A stretch of 64,000 nt of DNA, from contig OY762911.1 in the NCBI GenBank assembly GCA_963666565.1, positions 3,328,001 through 3,392,000 on the forward strand, given 5' to 3'. Shown piece after piece: positions 18,749 through 27,611 of this stretch (positions within the stretch are counted from its first letter, which is position 1; every line of letters starts with the position of its first letter). The notes under the pieces are model-generated. The model worked only from the letters and a program-made list of their open reading frames with translations, did no database searches and was not told where the DNA came from. The position numbers were made by a program, and so were the translations under genes. The stretch comes from Thermoanaerobaculia bacterium. GTDB taxonomy: Bacteria > Acidobacteriota > Thermoanaerobaculia > Multivoradales > Multivoraceae.

Positions 18749-21349
18749 ATGTCCCCTCCGCTCAGCACGTTCCTCGAACGCCGCCCGACTCCCGACGAGG
18801 CGCGCGCGCTCGCCGCCGTCGGGGCAGGCGCCGGTCTCGACGAGCTGATCGAGGCCGCCGGAGAGCTGCGGGATCGCGGCCACGGCGATCTCGTCTCCTA
18901 CTCGCGCAAGGTCTTCCTGCCGCTCACGCACCTCTGCCGGGACATCTGCCACTACTGCGTCTTCGCCCGGCCGCCCAGGAAGGGCGAGGCGGCCTACATG
19001 CCGCTCGACGCCGTGCTGAGCCAGGCCCGCCTCGCCGCCCAGGCCGGCTGCAAGGAAGCCCTGTTCACGCTCGGAGACAAGCCGGAACTCCGCTACAAGG
19101 CCGCCCGCGAGGGCCTCGCCGAGCTAGGCCACGACACGACGCTCTCCTACCTGCGCGAGGCGGCGGAACGGGTGCTGACCGAGACCGGCCTCCTGCCCCA
19201 CCTGAATCCGGGCCTGATGACGGCCGCGGACATCGAGCGCCTGCGCCCCGTTTCGCCGTCCATGGGGATCATGCTGGAGAGCGTCTCGATGCGGCTGCAC
19301 GAGAAGGGCCAGGCGCACTACGGCTGCCCGGACAAGGTGCCGTCGCGCCGGCTGGAGACGCTCCGGCTCGCCGGCGAGGCAAGAGTGCCCTTCACCTCCG
19401 GCATCCTGATCGGCATCGGCGAGACGCGCGAGGAGCGGATCGACGCCCTGCTCGCGCTCCGGGACCTGCACGACGAGTACGGCCACATCCAGGAGGTCAT
19501 CGTCCAGAACTTCCGGGCCAAGCCGGAGACCCGGATGGCGAGCGCGCCCGAACCCACGCTCGAGGACCTGCTCTGGACGATCGCCGCGGCGCGCCTCGTA
19601 CTCGGCCCGGAGATGCACATCCAGGCCCCGCCGAACCTGAGTCCGGGCGTTCTGACGCAGCTCGTGGCGGCCGGCATCGACGACTGGGGCGGCGTTTCTC
19701 CGGTGACTCCCGACTTCGTCAATCCGGAGGCGCCTTGGCCGCACCTGGAGCGCCTGGCCGAGGAGACGGCCGCCGCCGGCAAGACCCTGGTCGAGCGACT
19801 GACCGTGTACCCCGAGTGGGCGCTCGACGGCGAGCGCTGGCTCGACGACGGCCGCGGCCAGAGCCGCGAGATCCGCCGGATGGGCGGCGTACGCGCGGCG
19901 GTTCTGCAGCGAATCGACGCCACCGGCCTGCCGCGCACGGACGACTGGTCGCCGGGCGAGCAGACGCCGCCGCCTCGAGAGATGCTGGACGCGGTCACAG
20001 CGTCCCCCGCCCGCGCCAACGGGTCGGGGCCGCCAACCTCCGGTTCGCCAGGCGCCGGCGGCAACGGCGCCGGTCGCACGGCGGCCCTGGCCAAGCCTCC
20101 GGTCGGCGGCGCCGGCGCGGCCGCTTCGCCGACCGTACGCTCGATTCTCGACCGGGCCCGCACCGGCGACGACCTGGCCGAAGACGAGATCGCCGCCCTG
20201 TTCCGGGCCCGCGGCGCCGACTTCACCGCCGTCTGTTCCGCCGCCGACGCGATCCGGCGCGAAGTGAACGGCGACACGGTGACCTACGTCGTCAACCGGA
20301 ACATCAACTACACGAACGTCTGCTACTTCAAGTGCCAGTTCTGCGCCTTCTCCAAGGGCAAGCTGAGCGAGAACCTGCGCGGCAAGCCCTACGACCTGGA
20401 GCTCGACGAGGTCATGCGCCGCACCGCCGAGGCCTGGCAGCGCGGCGCGACGGAAGTCTGCATGCAGGGCGGCATCCACCCGGACTACACCGGCGAGACG
20501 TACCTGGGCATCTGCCGCGCGGTAAAGGAGGCCGTGCCCGAGATCCACGTTCACGCCTTCTCGCCGCTCGAGGTCTGGCAGGGCGCAGCGACCCTCGACA
20601 TGCCGCTCCGCGACTACCTGCTGCACCTCCGCGAAGCCGGCCTCGGCACCCTGCCGGGAACGGCCGCCGAGATTCTCGACGACGAGATCCGGGCGATCAT
20701 CTGCCCCGACAAGCTGAACACGGACCAGTGGCTCGAGGTCATGGAGACCGCCCACGGCGTCGGCTACCGGACCACGGCGACGATCATGTACGGCCACGTC
20801 GAGGGCCCGCGGAATTGGGCCCGCCACCTGCTCCGCCTGCGGGCCTTGCAGAAGCGCACCGGCGGCTTCACCGAGTTCGTGCCGCTGCCCTTCGTCCACA
20901 TGGAGGCGCCGCTCTACCTCAAGGGCCGCGCCCGCAAGGGGCCGACCTTCCGCGAGGCCGTGCTCATGCACGCGGTCGCCCGGCTGGCGCTCCACCCGTG
21001 GTTCGAGAACGTGCAGGCGTCCTGGGTCAAGATGGGGCCGGAAGGCGTCGCGGCCTGTTTCCGGGCCGGCGTCAACGACCTCGGCGGCACGCTGATGAAC
21101 GAGAGCATTACCCGGGCCGCCGGCGCCGCCCACGGCCAGGAGTTGCCGCCGTCCGAGATGGAGCAGCTCATCCGCGACGCCGGCCGCGTCCCGCAGCAGC
21201 GGACCACCGCCTACGGCACGCCGCCGCCCGAACGCGTCGAGACCTCCTTCCAGGCCGCGGAACTCGCCGCTGTGCTGAACAACCCGGCGCACCGCTACGA
21301 GCGCGATGGGCCGCTGCGCCTCGTCCGCCCGGGCCTGGACGGCTCGTAG
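18749..21349 (+). CDS. fbiC: Bifunctional FO synthase (CofG-CofH fusion)
   Basis: Two radical SAM motifs, CRDICHYC and CYFKCQFC; DDWGGVSP and NDLGGTLMNESI. Confidence 0.96.
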   Translation: MSPPLSTFLERRPTPDEARALAAVGAGAGLDELIEAAGELRDRGHGDLVSYSRKVFLPLTHLCRDICHYCVFARPPRKGEAAYMPLDAVLSQARLAAQAGCKEALFTLGDKPELRYKAAREGLAELGHDTTLSYLREAAERVLTETGLLPHLNPGLMTAADIERLRPVSPSMGIMLESVSMRLHEKGQAHYGCPDKVPSRRLETLRLAGEARVPFTSGILIGIGETREERIDALLALRDLHDEYGHIQEVIVQNFRAKPETRMASAPEPTLEDLLWTIAAARLVLGPEMHIQAPPNLSPGVLTQLVAAGIDDWGGVSPVTPDFVNPEAPWPHLERLAEETAAAGKTLVERLTVYPEWALDGERWLDDGRGQSREIRRMGGVRAAVLQRIDATGLPRTDDWSPGEQTPPPREMLDAVTASPARANGSGPPTSGSPGAGGNGAGRTAALAKPPVGGAGAAASPTVRSILDRARTGDDLAEDEIAALFRARGADFTAVCSAADAIRREVNGDTVTYVVNRNINYTNVCYFKCQFCAFSKGKLSENLRGKPYDLELDEVMRRTAEAWQRGATEVCMQGGIHPDYTGETYLGICRAVKEAVPEIHVHAFSPLEVWQGAATLDMPLRDYLLHLREAGLGTLPGTAAEILDDEIRAIICPDKLNTDQWLEVMETAHGVGYRTTATIMYGHVEGPRNWARHLLRLRALQKRTGGFTEFVPLPFVHMEAPLYLKGRARKGPTFREAVLMHAVARLALHPWFENVQASWVKMGPEGVAACFRAGVNDLGGTLMNESITRAAGAAHGQELPPSEMEQLIRDAGRVPQQRTTAYGTPPPERVETSFQAAELAAVLNNPAHRYERDGPLRLVRPGLDGS

Positions 21350-21383
21350 CAGTCGACGCCGCGTCCGCGCCGCGCCGACTCGC

Positions 21384-22073
21384 ATGAGCGACGACTCCTC
21401 CCACTCCGTCCGGCGCCACCTGCGGATCGCCGTCGATTCCTACGACGCGGCGATCCGCCGCTTCATCCCCGGCTACGAGGAAATGCTCGCCGTCGCCGCC
21501 CGGCAGTTTGCGCCCGTCGATCCGGGCCTCGTGATCGACCTCGGCGCCGGCACCGGCGCGCTCGCCGAGGCGATTCTCGATTCCACGAACGAGACGGCCG
21601 TCGAACTGATCGACGTCGACCCGGAGATGCTCGACCAGGCCCGCACGCGGCTCGTCCGGTTCGGCGAGCGCGCCCGCTTCACGGAAGCCTCCTTCCTCGA
21701 ACCGTTGCCGCCCTGCAACGGCGCCGCCGCGTCCCTCGCGCTGCACCACATCCCGACGATGGACGCGAAACGGGCCCTCTACCGGCGCGTGTTCGAGGCC
21801 CTCGAACCCGGCGGCATCTTCGTCAACGCCGACGCCACGATGCCCGCCGAGCCCGCCGCCCGGAAAGCCACCTGGCGCGGCTGGGCCGACCACATGGTCT
21901 CGCACGGTATCGAAGCACGGCGCGCCTTCGAGCACTTCGAGGAGTGGTCGAAAGAGGACACCTACTTCCCGCTCGAAGAAGAACTGGCCGCCGTCCGGGA
22001 CGCCGGCCTCGCCACCGAGTGCGTCTGGCGCGAGGTCGGGATCACGGTCGTCGTCGGCCGCAAGCGCGGCTGA
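21384..22073 (+). CDS. Class I SAM-dependent methyltransferase
   Basis: IDLGAGTG, SLALHHI and LEPGGIFVNAD motifs. Confidence 0.9.
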   Translation: MSDDSSHSVRRHLRIAVDSYDAAIRRFIPGYEEMLAVAARQFAPVDPGLVIDLGAGTGALAEAILDSTNETAVELIDVDPEMLDQARTRLVRFGERARFTEASFLEPLPPCNGAAASLALHHIPTMDAKRALYRRVFEALEPGGIFVNADATMPAEPAARKATWRGWADHMVSHGIEARRAFEHFEEWSKEDTYFPLEEELAAVRDAGLATECVWREVGITVVVGRKRG

Positions 22074-22208
22074 GGCCGGCGAAGACGGGTACCCCATTCT
22101 TGGAGGGCTACCACGCGCCGCTTGCATCGTGTAGTGTTCGGTGGTCTCTCGGATCGAAGTCCCCGATTCGAGCCCAACAGTGCGGCCAAGCCGCGAAGGA
22201 AGACAGCC

Positions 22209-23126
22209 ATGAAGTCGATTCCCTCGCCTGTAGCTGGCGCGACGCTACTCGTGACATTCCTCCTCGGTGCCGCACCGGCGGCCTACGCCAGAGCGCCAAT
22301 CGTCAACATCGAGAACGCGCCTATCCCCGCCGGCCTTACCATGGAGGAGATCGAGCAGACGCTGGTCGCAGGGACGTTCAGCCGACAAGGCTGGACTGCG
22401 CAAATTGTCGCGCCCGGACACATCGAGGCGCGGGTCAACGTGCGGTCGCACAGCGCCGTCGTCGACATCACATTCGACGAGCGGGCGTACTCGATCACTT
22501 ACAAGGACAGCCACAACCTGGACTACAAGAACGGCAAGATCCACGGCAACTACAACAAGTGGGTCGCCACCTTGAACGGTGTACTGCAGAGGGTTCTGGC
22601 CGAGCGGGCGGTTGCGGGAACCGGGCCATCGGCCGCTCCGGCCGCCCAGCGCGGGAGATCGCCTGCGCCCACTGAAGCCGCATCCACGGGCGTGTACAGC
22701 GGCGGCCCGGTGACGATTCCAGCCACGATAGGAGTGGCCTCATACGTGGGCGCACCGCTGGCGACCTCGGAGTGCCGAATAGGCACTCTGCTCGCGGAAC
22801 AACTGGCCAGCCGTTCGGCCGACATCCAGATCGGCGACATCGCCAACGCCAGCCACTACCTGGATCTGGAGATCACCGAGATCCACATGCCTGGCGGCGG
22901 GGCGTGGTCCGGCCCCAAGTGGATGGAGTTGACCGGCGCCCTGCGCGAAGGCGACGGCGACTTGGTGTCTTCCTTCAGGGCGAAGCGGTTCAGCACCGGC
23001 GGCGCCTTGGCGGTGGTCAAGGGCAGTTGCAAGATCCTGGGACGCACCGCCAAGGCCATCGCTCAGGATGTGTCCCGTTGGCTGCAGAGCCCTCTCGACG
23101 GCGCCCAACTCGGCGACGCCCGCTGA
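22209..23126 (+). CDS. Secreted hypothetical protein, apparently two domains
   Basis: Signal peptide ending AAYA, about 100-aa domain ending KIHGNYNKWV, Ala/Pro linker, second domain with two Cys. Confidence 0.75.
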   Translation: MKSIPSPVAGATLLVTFLLGAAPAAYARAPIVNIENAPIPAGLTMEEIEQTLVAGTFSRQGWTAQIVAPGHIEARVNVRSHSAVVDITFDERAYSITYKDSHNLDYKNGKIHGNYNKWVATLNGVLQRVLAERAVAGTGPSAAPAAQRGRSPAPTEAASTGVYSGGPVTIPATIGVASYVGAPLATSECRIGTLLAEQLASRSADIQIGDIANASHYLDLEITEIHMPGGGAWSGPKWMELTGALREGDGDLVSSFRAKRFSTGGALAVVKGSCKILGRTAKAIAQDVSRWLQSPLDGAQLGDAR

Positions 23127-23160
23127 CCGCCACTCTCGGCATCTCGCTCCGTCAGGAAGG

Positions 23161-24132
23161 CTACGGATCGAGTCGGCTGACGCCCTCGATTTCCACCTCG
23201 AGTTCCGATCGGCAGATCTCGGCATGCAGATAGACCGCGTCGACCTCCGGAAGTCTGCTTGCGACGACTTCGCTCGCCAGTGGAACGTGCCCCCTGTTTC
23301 GCAGATAGACCCGGATCCGATCCAGGCCCTGGCTGCCACCGCCCGGTCCGAGAACAGTCTCAAGTAGGCGGTCGAGGTTCTCCAAGGTCACCGTCAACTG
23401 CCGAGCGAGACTCCCTGGATGGCGACTTCGGTGCCCTACGATGCTGGCGGTGCCCGCCACGAACACATGCTGCACGTCCCGATCCGCTACGCACGTCGCT
23501 CTGGCGAAGGAGGGCGCTCGCGGTCCGTAGAGCCGCGGATAGGAAGGCGCCCGGATCTGGCGAGGATTCTCGAAGTGGCGTCCCGGTTCGGCGCGCGCGA
23601 GCAGGTAGACGACCAGCGCGTCGCCGAAGTTCCCCACCGCCGTGGCGGCCGGATACCGATCGCTGGTGTAACCGTAACGCTCGAAGGCTTGGTGGCGGCC
23701 GAGGCAGAAGCGCTTGTACCGCTCCTGGTCGCCCGCGCCTGCGTTGATCCTCGGAACATGGTTCCAGCCGCGAACCAAGTGCGGATGACCCTTGACCGCG
23801 CATGTGTCGAGAAGCGCCGACCAAACGCTACAGGCGACCGTTGCGAGGTCCCGCTCGGGCGGAGCATCCGCGGTACAGGCCGCGAACAGTCCGAAGTCGC
23901 CGGCAGCCCACCCAACGGTACCCTCCCGACCCATGCGGACCGGCGAGGAACTCCGCCAGACTTCTCGCAGACCTTCGCGCGCAAGCGACGGCTGGCCGGT
24001 CGCCACGTACCGCGGGTCGTCGGAACTCGTATCGCGCTCCACCGGCGCCGCGAAGTCCAAAACCGCCAACACGCGCTCCGAGTCCAGCAACTCCCCAACC
24101 GGCCTCGACGTGAAGTTGCTCGACAGATCCAT
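23161..24132 (-). CDS. XanB2/FkbO/Hyg5-like chorismatase (often annotated pteridine-dependent deoxygenase-like)
   Basis: HLVRGWNHVPRIN, ERYKRFCLGR, PAATAVG, ENPRQ, YGPRAPSFARA, GTASIVGH and ICRSELEVEIEG motifs. Confidence 0.85.
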   Translation of the reverse strand: MDLSSNFTSRPVGELLDSERVLAVLDFAAPVERDTSSDDPRYVATGQPSLAREGLREVWRSSSPVRMGREGTVGWAAGDFGLFAACTADAPPERDLATVACSVWSALLDTCAVKGHPHLVRGWNHVPRINAGAGDQERYKRFCLGRHQAFERYGYTSDRYPAATAVGNFGDALVVYLLARAEPGRHFENPRQIRAPSYPRLYGPRAPSFARATCVADRDVQHVFVAGTASIVGHRSRHPGSLARQLTVTLENLDRLLETVLGPGGGSQGLDRIRVYLRNRGHVPLASEVVASRLPEVDAVYLHAEICRSELEVEIEGVSRLDP

Positions 24133-24164
24133 CGATTTCTCGGCGCCCGCCGCCACGCGACAGC

Positions 24165-25205
24165 TCAGAGCACCGCCTCCGCGATCGCCTCCAGCGCCTC
24201 CGGCTGCCGGCAGCCGAGCAGCAGCGACGCGACCTGACCCTTGCCCGCGGCCTCCTTCCAGGCTTCCAGCCGTTCGACGATTCGCTCCTTCGGCCCGACC
24301 AGAGCGACATCGTCCACGAGGGCGTCCGGCACGGCGCCGACGGCTTCGCTCTTCTTGCCGCCGAGGAAGTTGTCCTGGATCGTCTTCGCCTCGTCGGGAT
24401 AGCCGAGGCGCCTCGCGTAGGCGTTGTAGAAGTTCTTGTCGCGCGCGCCCATGCCGCCGATGTAGAGAGCCATGCTCTGCTTGACCGGGGTGCGGCACTG
24501 CTCCACGTCGTTCCCCATGACGACGGTGACGAAGGGCATGACCTTGAAGTCGTCCAGGCTCTTGCCGTTGCCGGCCCTGGCGAAACCGCGCTCGAGCGAG
24601 TCCTCCAGCAGGTCGTAGCGCTCGGGGTTCATCCAGATCGGGAACACGCCGTCCGCGACCTCGGCGCTGCACTCCAGCCCGTTCGGGCTGATGGAGGCCG
24701 TGTAGATTGGAATCGACGTGTCCGCCGCCAGGATGCTCCGAAGCGGCTTGCCGAGGCCCGAAGCGCCCTCGCCGCGGTAGGGCAACTGGTAGTGGTAGCC
24801 CTCGTGGGTGACCGGCTCTTCGCGGGCGAAGACCTTCCGCATGATCTGGATGTACTCCTTCGTGCGCGTCAGCGGCCGGCCGTAGGCGACGCCGTGCCAG
24901 CCTTCGATGACCTGCGGACCGGACGGGCCGAGGCCGACCAGGAAACGGCCGCCGGAGAGCTGGTTGAGCGTCATCGCCGTCATGGCGGTCATCGCCGGAC
25001 TGCGAGCCGGCATCTGCATGATCGCGGTACCGACCTTGATCTTCTCCGTCTGCGCCAGAATCCAGGACGCCGTCGTCACCGCGTCGGAGCCGTACGCCTC
25101 CGCGGTCCAGACGGACGTGAAGCCGGCGCTCTCGGCCTGGCGGATGCGGTCGATGTCGATGCTGATCTGGCTGCCGAAGGCGCCCGCGAGCAGTCCCAGT
25201 TCCAT
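24165..25205 (-). CDS. LLM-class F420-dependent oxidoreductase
   Basis: WTAEAYGSDA, GTAIMQMPAR, GLGPSGPQVIEGWHG and LYIGGMGA motifs. Confidence 0.92.
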   Translation of the reverse strand: MELGLLAGAFGSQISIDIDRIRQAESAGFTSVWTAEAYGSDAVTTASWILAQTEKIKVGTAIMQMPARSPAMTAMTAMTLNQLSGGRFLVGLGPSGPQVIEGWHGVAYGRPLTRTKEYIQIMRKVFAREEPVTHEGYHYQLPYRGEGASGLGKPLRSILAADTSIPIYTASISPNGLECSAEVADGVFPIWMNPERYDLLEDSLERGFARAGNGKSLDDFKVMPFVTVVMGNDVEQCRTPVKQSMALYIGGMGARDKNFYNAYARRLGYPDEAKTIQDNFLGGKKSEAVGAVPDALVDDVALVGPKERIVERLEAWKEAAGKGQVASLLLGCRQPEALEAIAEAVL

Positions 25206-25318
25206 GGCGGCGTTCTCCTCGTCGTGTCGTTTGCCGATGCCTGCTGGCTTGAGGGAGGCGAGGCTAGCAGCGTGCGCCGTGGAACGCAGCGAAGCGGCGT
25301 CGGGCATAGACTGCGGCG

Positions 25319-26155
25319 GTGAGCGAGAGACCTGCCCAGTGGAGCCGGACAGGAGAATCGGGCCGCCGGCCGCGCAGTCAGACGATCTGGCCGCTCGCCT
25401 TCGTCACGCTGATGCTCGGACTGATTCTGGCAATCGTCGTCGGCTTCGTCATCATCCGGTTCACGATGATCCCGCGCGAGATCGCCTCGGGCGGCCGCGA
25501 ACTCGCACGGGACACGATCGAGGGCGTCGAGCGGATCGCCCGGGCCTTCCGCACCGGCACGGTCCAGACGTCGTTCCTGAGCTACGCCACGGAGATCTCC
25601 GGCAACGCCTTCCTCCAGTTCGCCACCCTCGACCAGACGGAGATCCTCGAGCGAACCGACTCCGCCAGCCTCCTCTGGGGACGCCTCCGGCTTCCCGACG
25701 TCATGGTCGAGGCGCGGGTGCCGGTGCGCTACACCTACTACCTCGACCTGGAGGACGAGTGGTCGCTGACACTCGAAGGAACGACCGTCCGCGTGCTCGC
25801 GCCCGGCGTCCGCGCGAACCGGCCGGCGGTCGACGCTTCGGCCATTGAGTACCGGGTCCATGAGGACTCCATCCTGCGCGACGAGGACGCGGTGCTGGAG
25901 CAGCTTCGGTCCCAGATCACGGACCGGTTGGCCGCGCGCGCGGGCGAGAACATCGCCCTGGTGCGGGACGTGGGCCGGCAGCGGACGGCGGAGTTCGTGA
26001 GCACGTTCCTCCTCTCGCAGTTCGGAGAGGACGCCGCCGGCTACGCGATCGAGGTCCGCTTCCGCGACGAGTTCGACGACTTCGACGAGGCCGGCGCACT
26101 GCCGCGACCGGTCCTCAAGCTCCCTCAGACGGGCGAGGGACCGGCGGTTGACTGA
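25319..26155 (+). CDS. Membrane-anchored hypothetical protein (DUF4230-like)
   Basis: Single N-terminal TM helix followed by a soluble domain (VPVRYTYYLDL); stop overlaps the next gene. Confidence 0.65.
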   Translation: MSERPAQWSRTGESGRRPRSQTIWPLAFVTLMLGLILAIVVGFVIIRFTMIPREIASGGRELARDTIEGVERIARAFRTGTVQTSFLSYATEISGNAFLQFATLDQTEILERTDSASLLWGRLRLPDVMVEARVPVRYTYYLDLEDEWSLTLEGTTVRVLAPGVRANRPAVDASAIEYRVHEDSILRDEDAVLEQLRSQITDRLAARAGENIALVRDVGRQRTAEFVSTFLLSQFGEDAAGYAIEVRFRDEFDDFDEAGALPRPVLKLPQTGEGPAVD

Positions 26156-27455
26156 CCGGCTGGCGCGCCGGCGCCAGCGGCTTCGGGCACGGCAGGCGGA
26201 CCGCTTCGGCCGCATGGCGGAGCAGGTCCACGTACACAACCCCTTCTACCGGGCGAAGTGGCGCGCCGCCGGCTTCGAGTCGCCGCCCACGCTCGACGAT
26301 CTTGCCGGCCTTCCCTTCACGACGAAGGATGAACTCGCCGCCGACCAGGAGGCGAACGCGCCCTGGGGCACGAACCTCACCTTCCCGCTGGAACGCTACG
26401 TCCGCGCCCACCGCACCTCCGGTACCACCGGCAGGCCGCTCCGCTGGCTCGACACGCCGGCGAGCTGGCAGTGGTTCCTCGACTGCTGGCTGGAGACCTA
26501 CCGGGGCGCCGGCGTCGAGGCGGACGACCGCGTGTTCGTGGCCTTCGGCTTCGGCCCCTTCGTCGGCTTCTGGACCGCGTTCGAGGCCGCCCAGCAACTC
26601 GGCTGCCTGGTCATGCCCGCCGGCCACCTGAGCACGGAGCAACGCCTGCGCGCGATGCTGGACGACGAGGCGACCGTCCTCGTGTCGACCCCGACCTACG
26701 CCCTGCGCCTCCTGGAAGCGGCCGACGCGCTCGGCCTCGACCTGGCCGGCAGCTCCATCGCACGGACGATCCACGGCGGCGAACCGGGCGCCGGCGTGCC
26801 GGCGGTCAAGAGCCGGCTCGCCGCCGGCTACGGCGCCCAGGTCTTCGACCACGCCGGCGCCACGGAGGTCGGCGCCTGGGGCCATCCGTGCGGCGTCGGC
26901 GAGCGCCTGCGCGTCCTGGAGGAGGAGTTCGTCGTCGAGTGGTTCGACCGCTCCACCGGCGAGCCCCTCGAACCGGTCGACCCGTCGGCCGTGGGCGAAG
27001 AGGCCGAGCCGGTCCTCGGAGAGCTCGTCCTGACCAACCTCGGCCGCATCGGCAGTCCCGTCGTCCGCTACCGCACCGGCGACGTCGGCCGCCTGTGCGC
27101 CGCCGCCTGTCCCTGCGGCCGGCCGACGATGTACCTGGACGGCGGCGTCCTCGGCCGGGCCGACGACATGTTCGTCGTCCGCGGCGTCAACGTCTACCCG
27201 AGCGCGGTCGATGCCCTGATCCGCGAGGCCGGCGGCGTCGCCGAGTACCGCGCCGCCGTGCGCCGGCAACGCCAGATGGCGGAAGTCGAGCTGGAGGTCG
27301 AGCCGGAGGCCGGCGCCGACTCGGCGACACTCAGGTCCCGGCTCCAGGATCTGTTCGAGCAGCGGCTCAGCCTCCGCGTCCCGGTTCGCGTCGCCGACGC
27401 CGGCTCGCTCCCCCGTTACGAGTTGAAGGCGAACCGCTTCACCTTCCTCGACTGA
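26148..27455 (+). CDS. Phenylacetate-CoA ligase family (aryl-CoA ligase)
   Basis: LPFTTKDEL, TSGTTGRP, GGEPG, HAGATE, RYRTGD and GRADDM motifs. Confidence 0.9.
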   Translation: MTDRLARRRQRLRARQADRFGRMAEQVHVHNPFYRAKWRAAGFESPPTLDDLAGLPFTTKDELAADQEANAPWGTNLTFPLERYVRAHRTSGTTGRPLRWLDTPASWQWFLDCWLETYRGAGVEADDRVFVAFGFGPFVGFWTAFEAAQQLGCLVMPAGHLSTEQRLRAMLDDEATVLVSTPTYALRLLEAADALGLDLAGSSIARTIHGGEPGAGVPAVKSRLAAGYGAQVFDHAGATEVGAWGHPCGVGERLRVLEEEFVVEWFDRSTGEPLEPVDPSAVGEEAEPVLGELVLTNLGRIGSPVVRYRTGDVGRLCAAACPCGRPTMYLDGGVLGRADDMFVVRGVNVYPSAVDALIREAGGVAEYRAAVRRQRQMAEVELEVEPEAGADSATLRSRLQDLFEQRLSLRVPVRVADAGSLPRYELKANRFTFLD

Positions 27456-27498
27456 TGGCCGCCGGCCGGCGCCGCCCTCTCGACCGGCGCGTCGTTCC

Positions 27499-27580
27499 GG
27501 CCGCCTCCGGCGGCAAGCGGGTCGGGTACCCGGGTGGCGCGTTCCGCGCCGCTCGTCAACGGGTAGACCCGCGCCCCCGG
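27499..27580 (+). repeat. REP-like repeat variant with internal hairpin
   Basis: GGCCGCCTCCGGCGGCAAGCGGGTCGG...GGTGGCGCG...AGACCCGCGC, between convergent genes. Confidence 0.65.
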
Positions 27581-27611
27581 CAGGCAGGCCCACCTCACCG
27601 CAGGGACAGTG

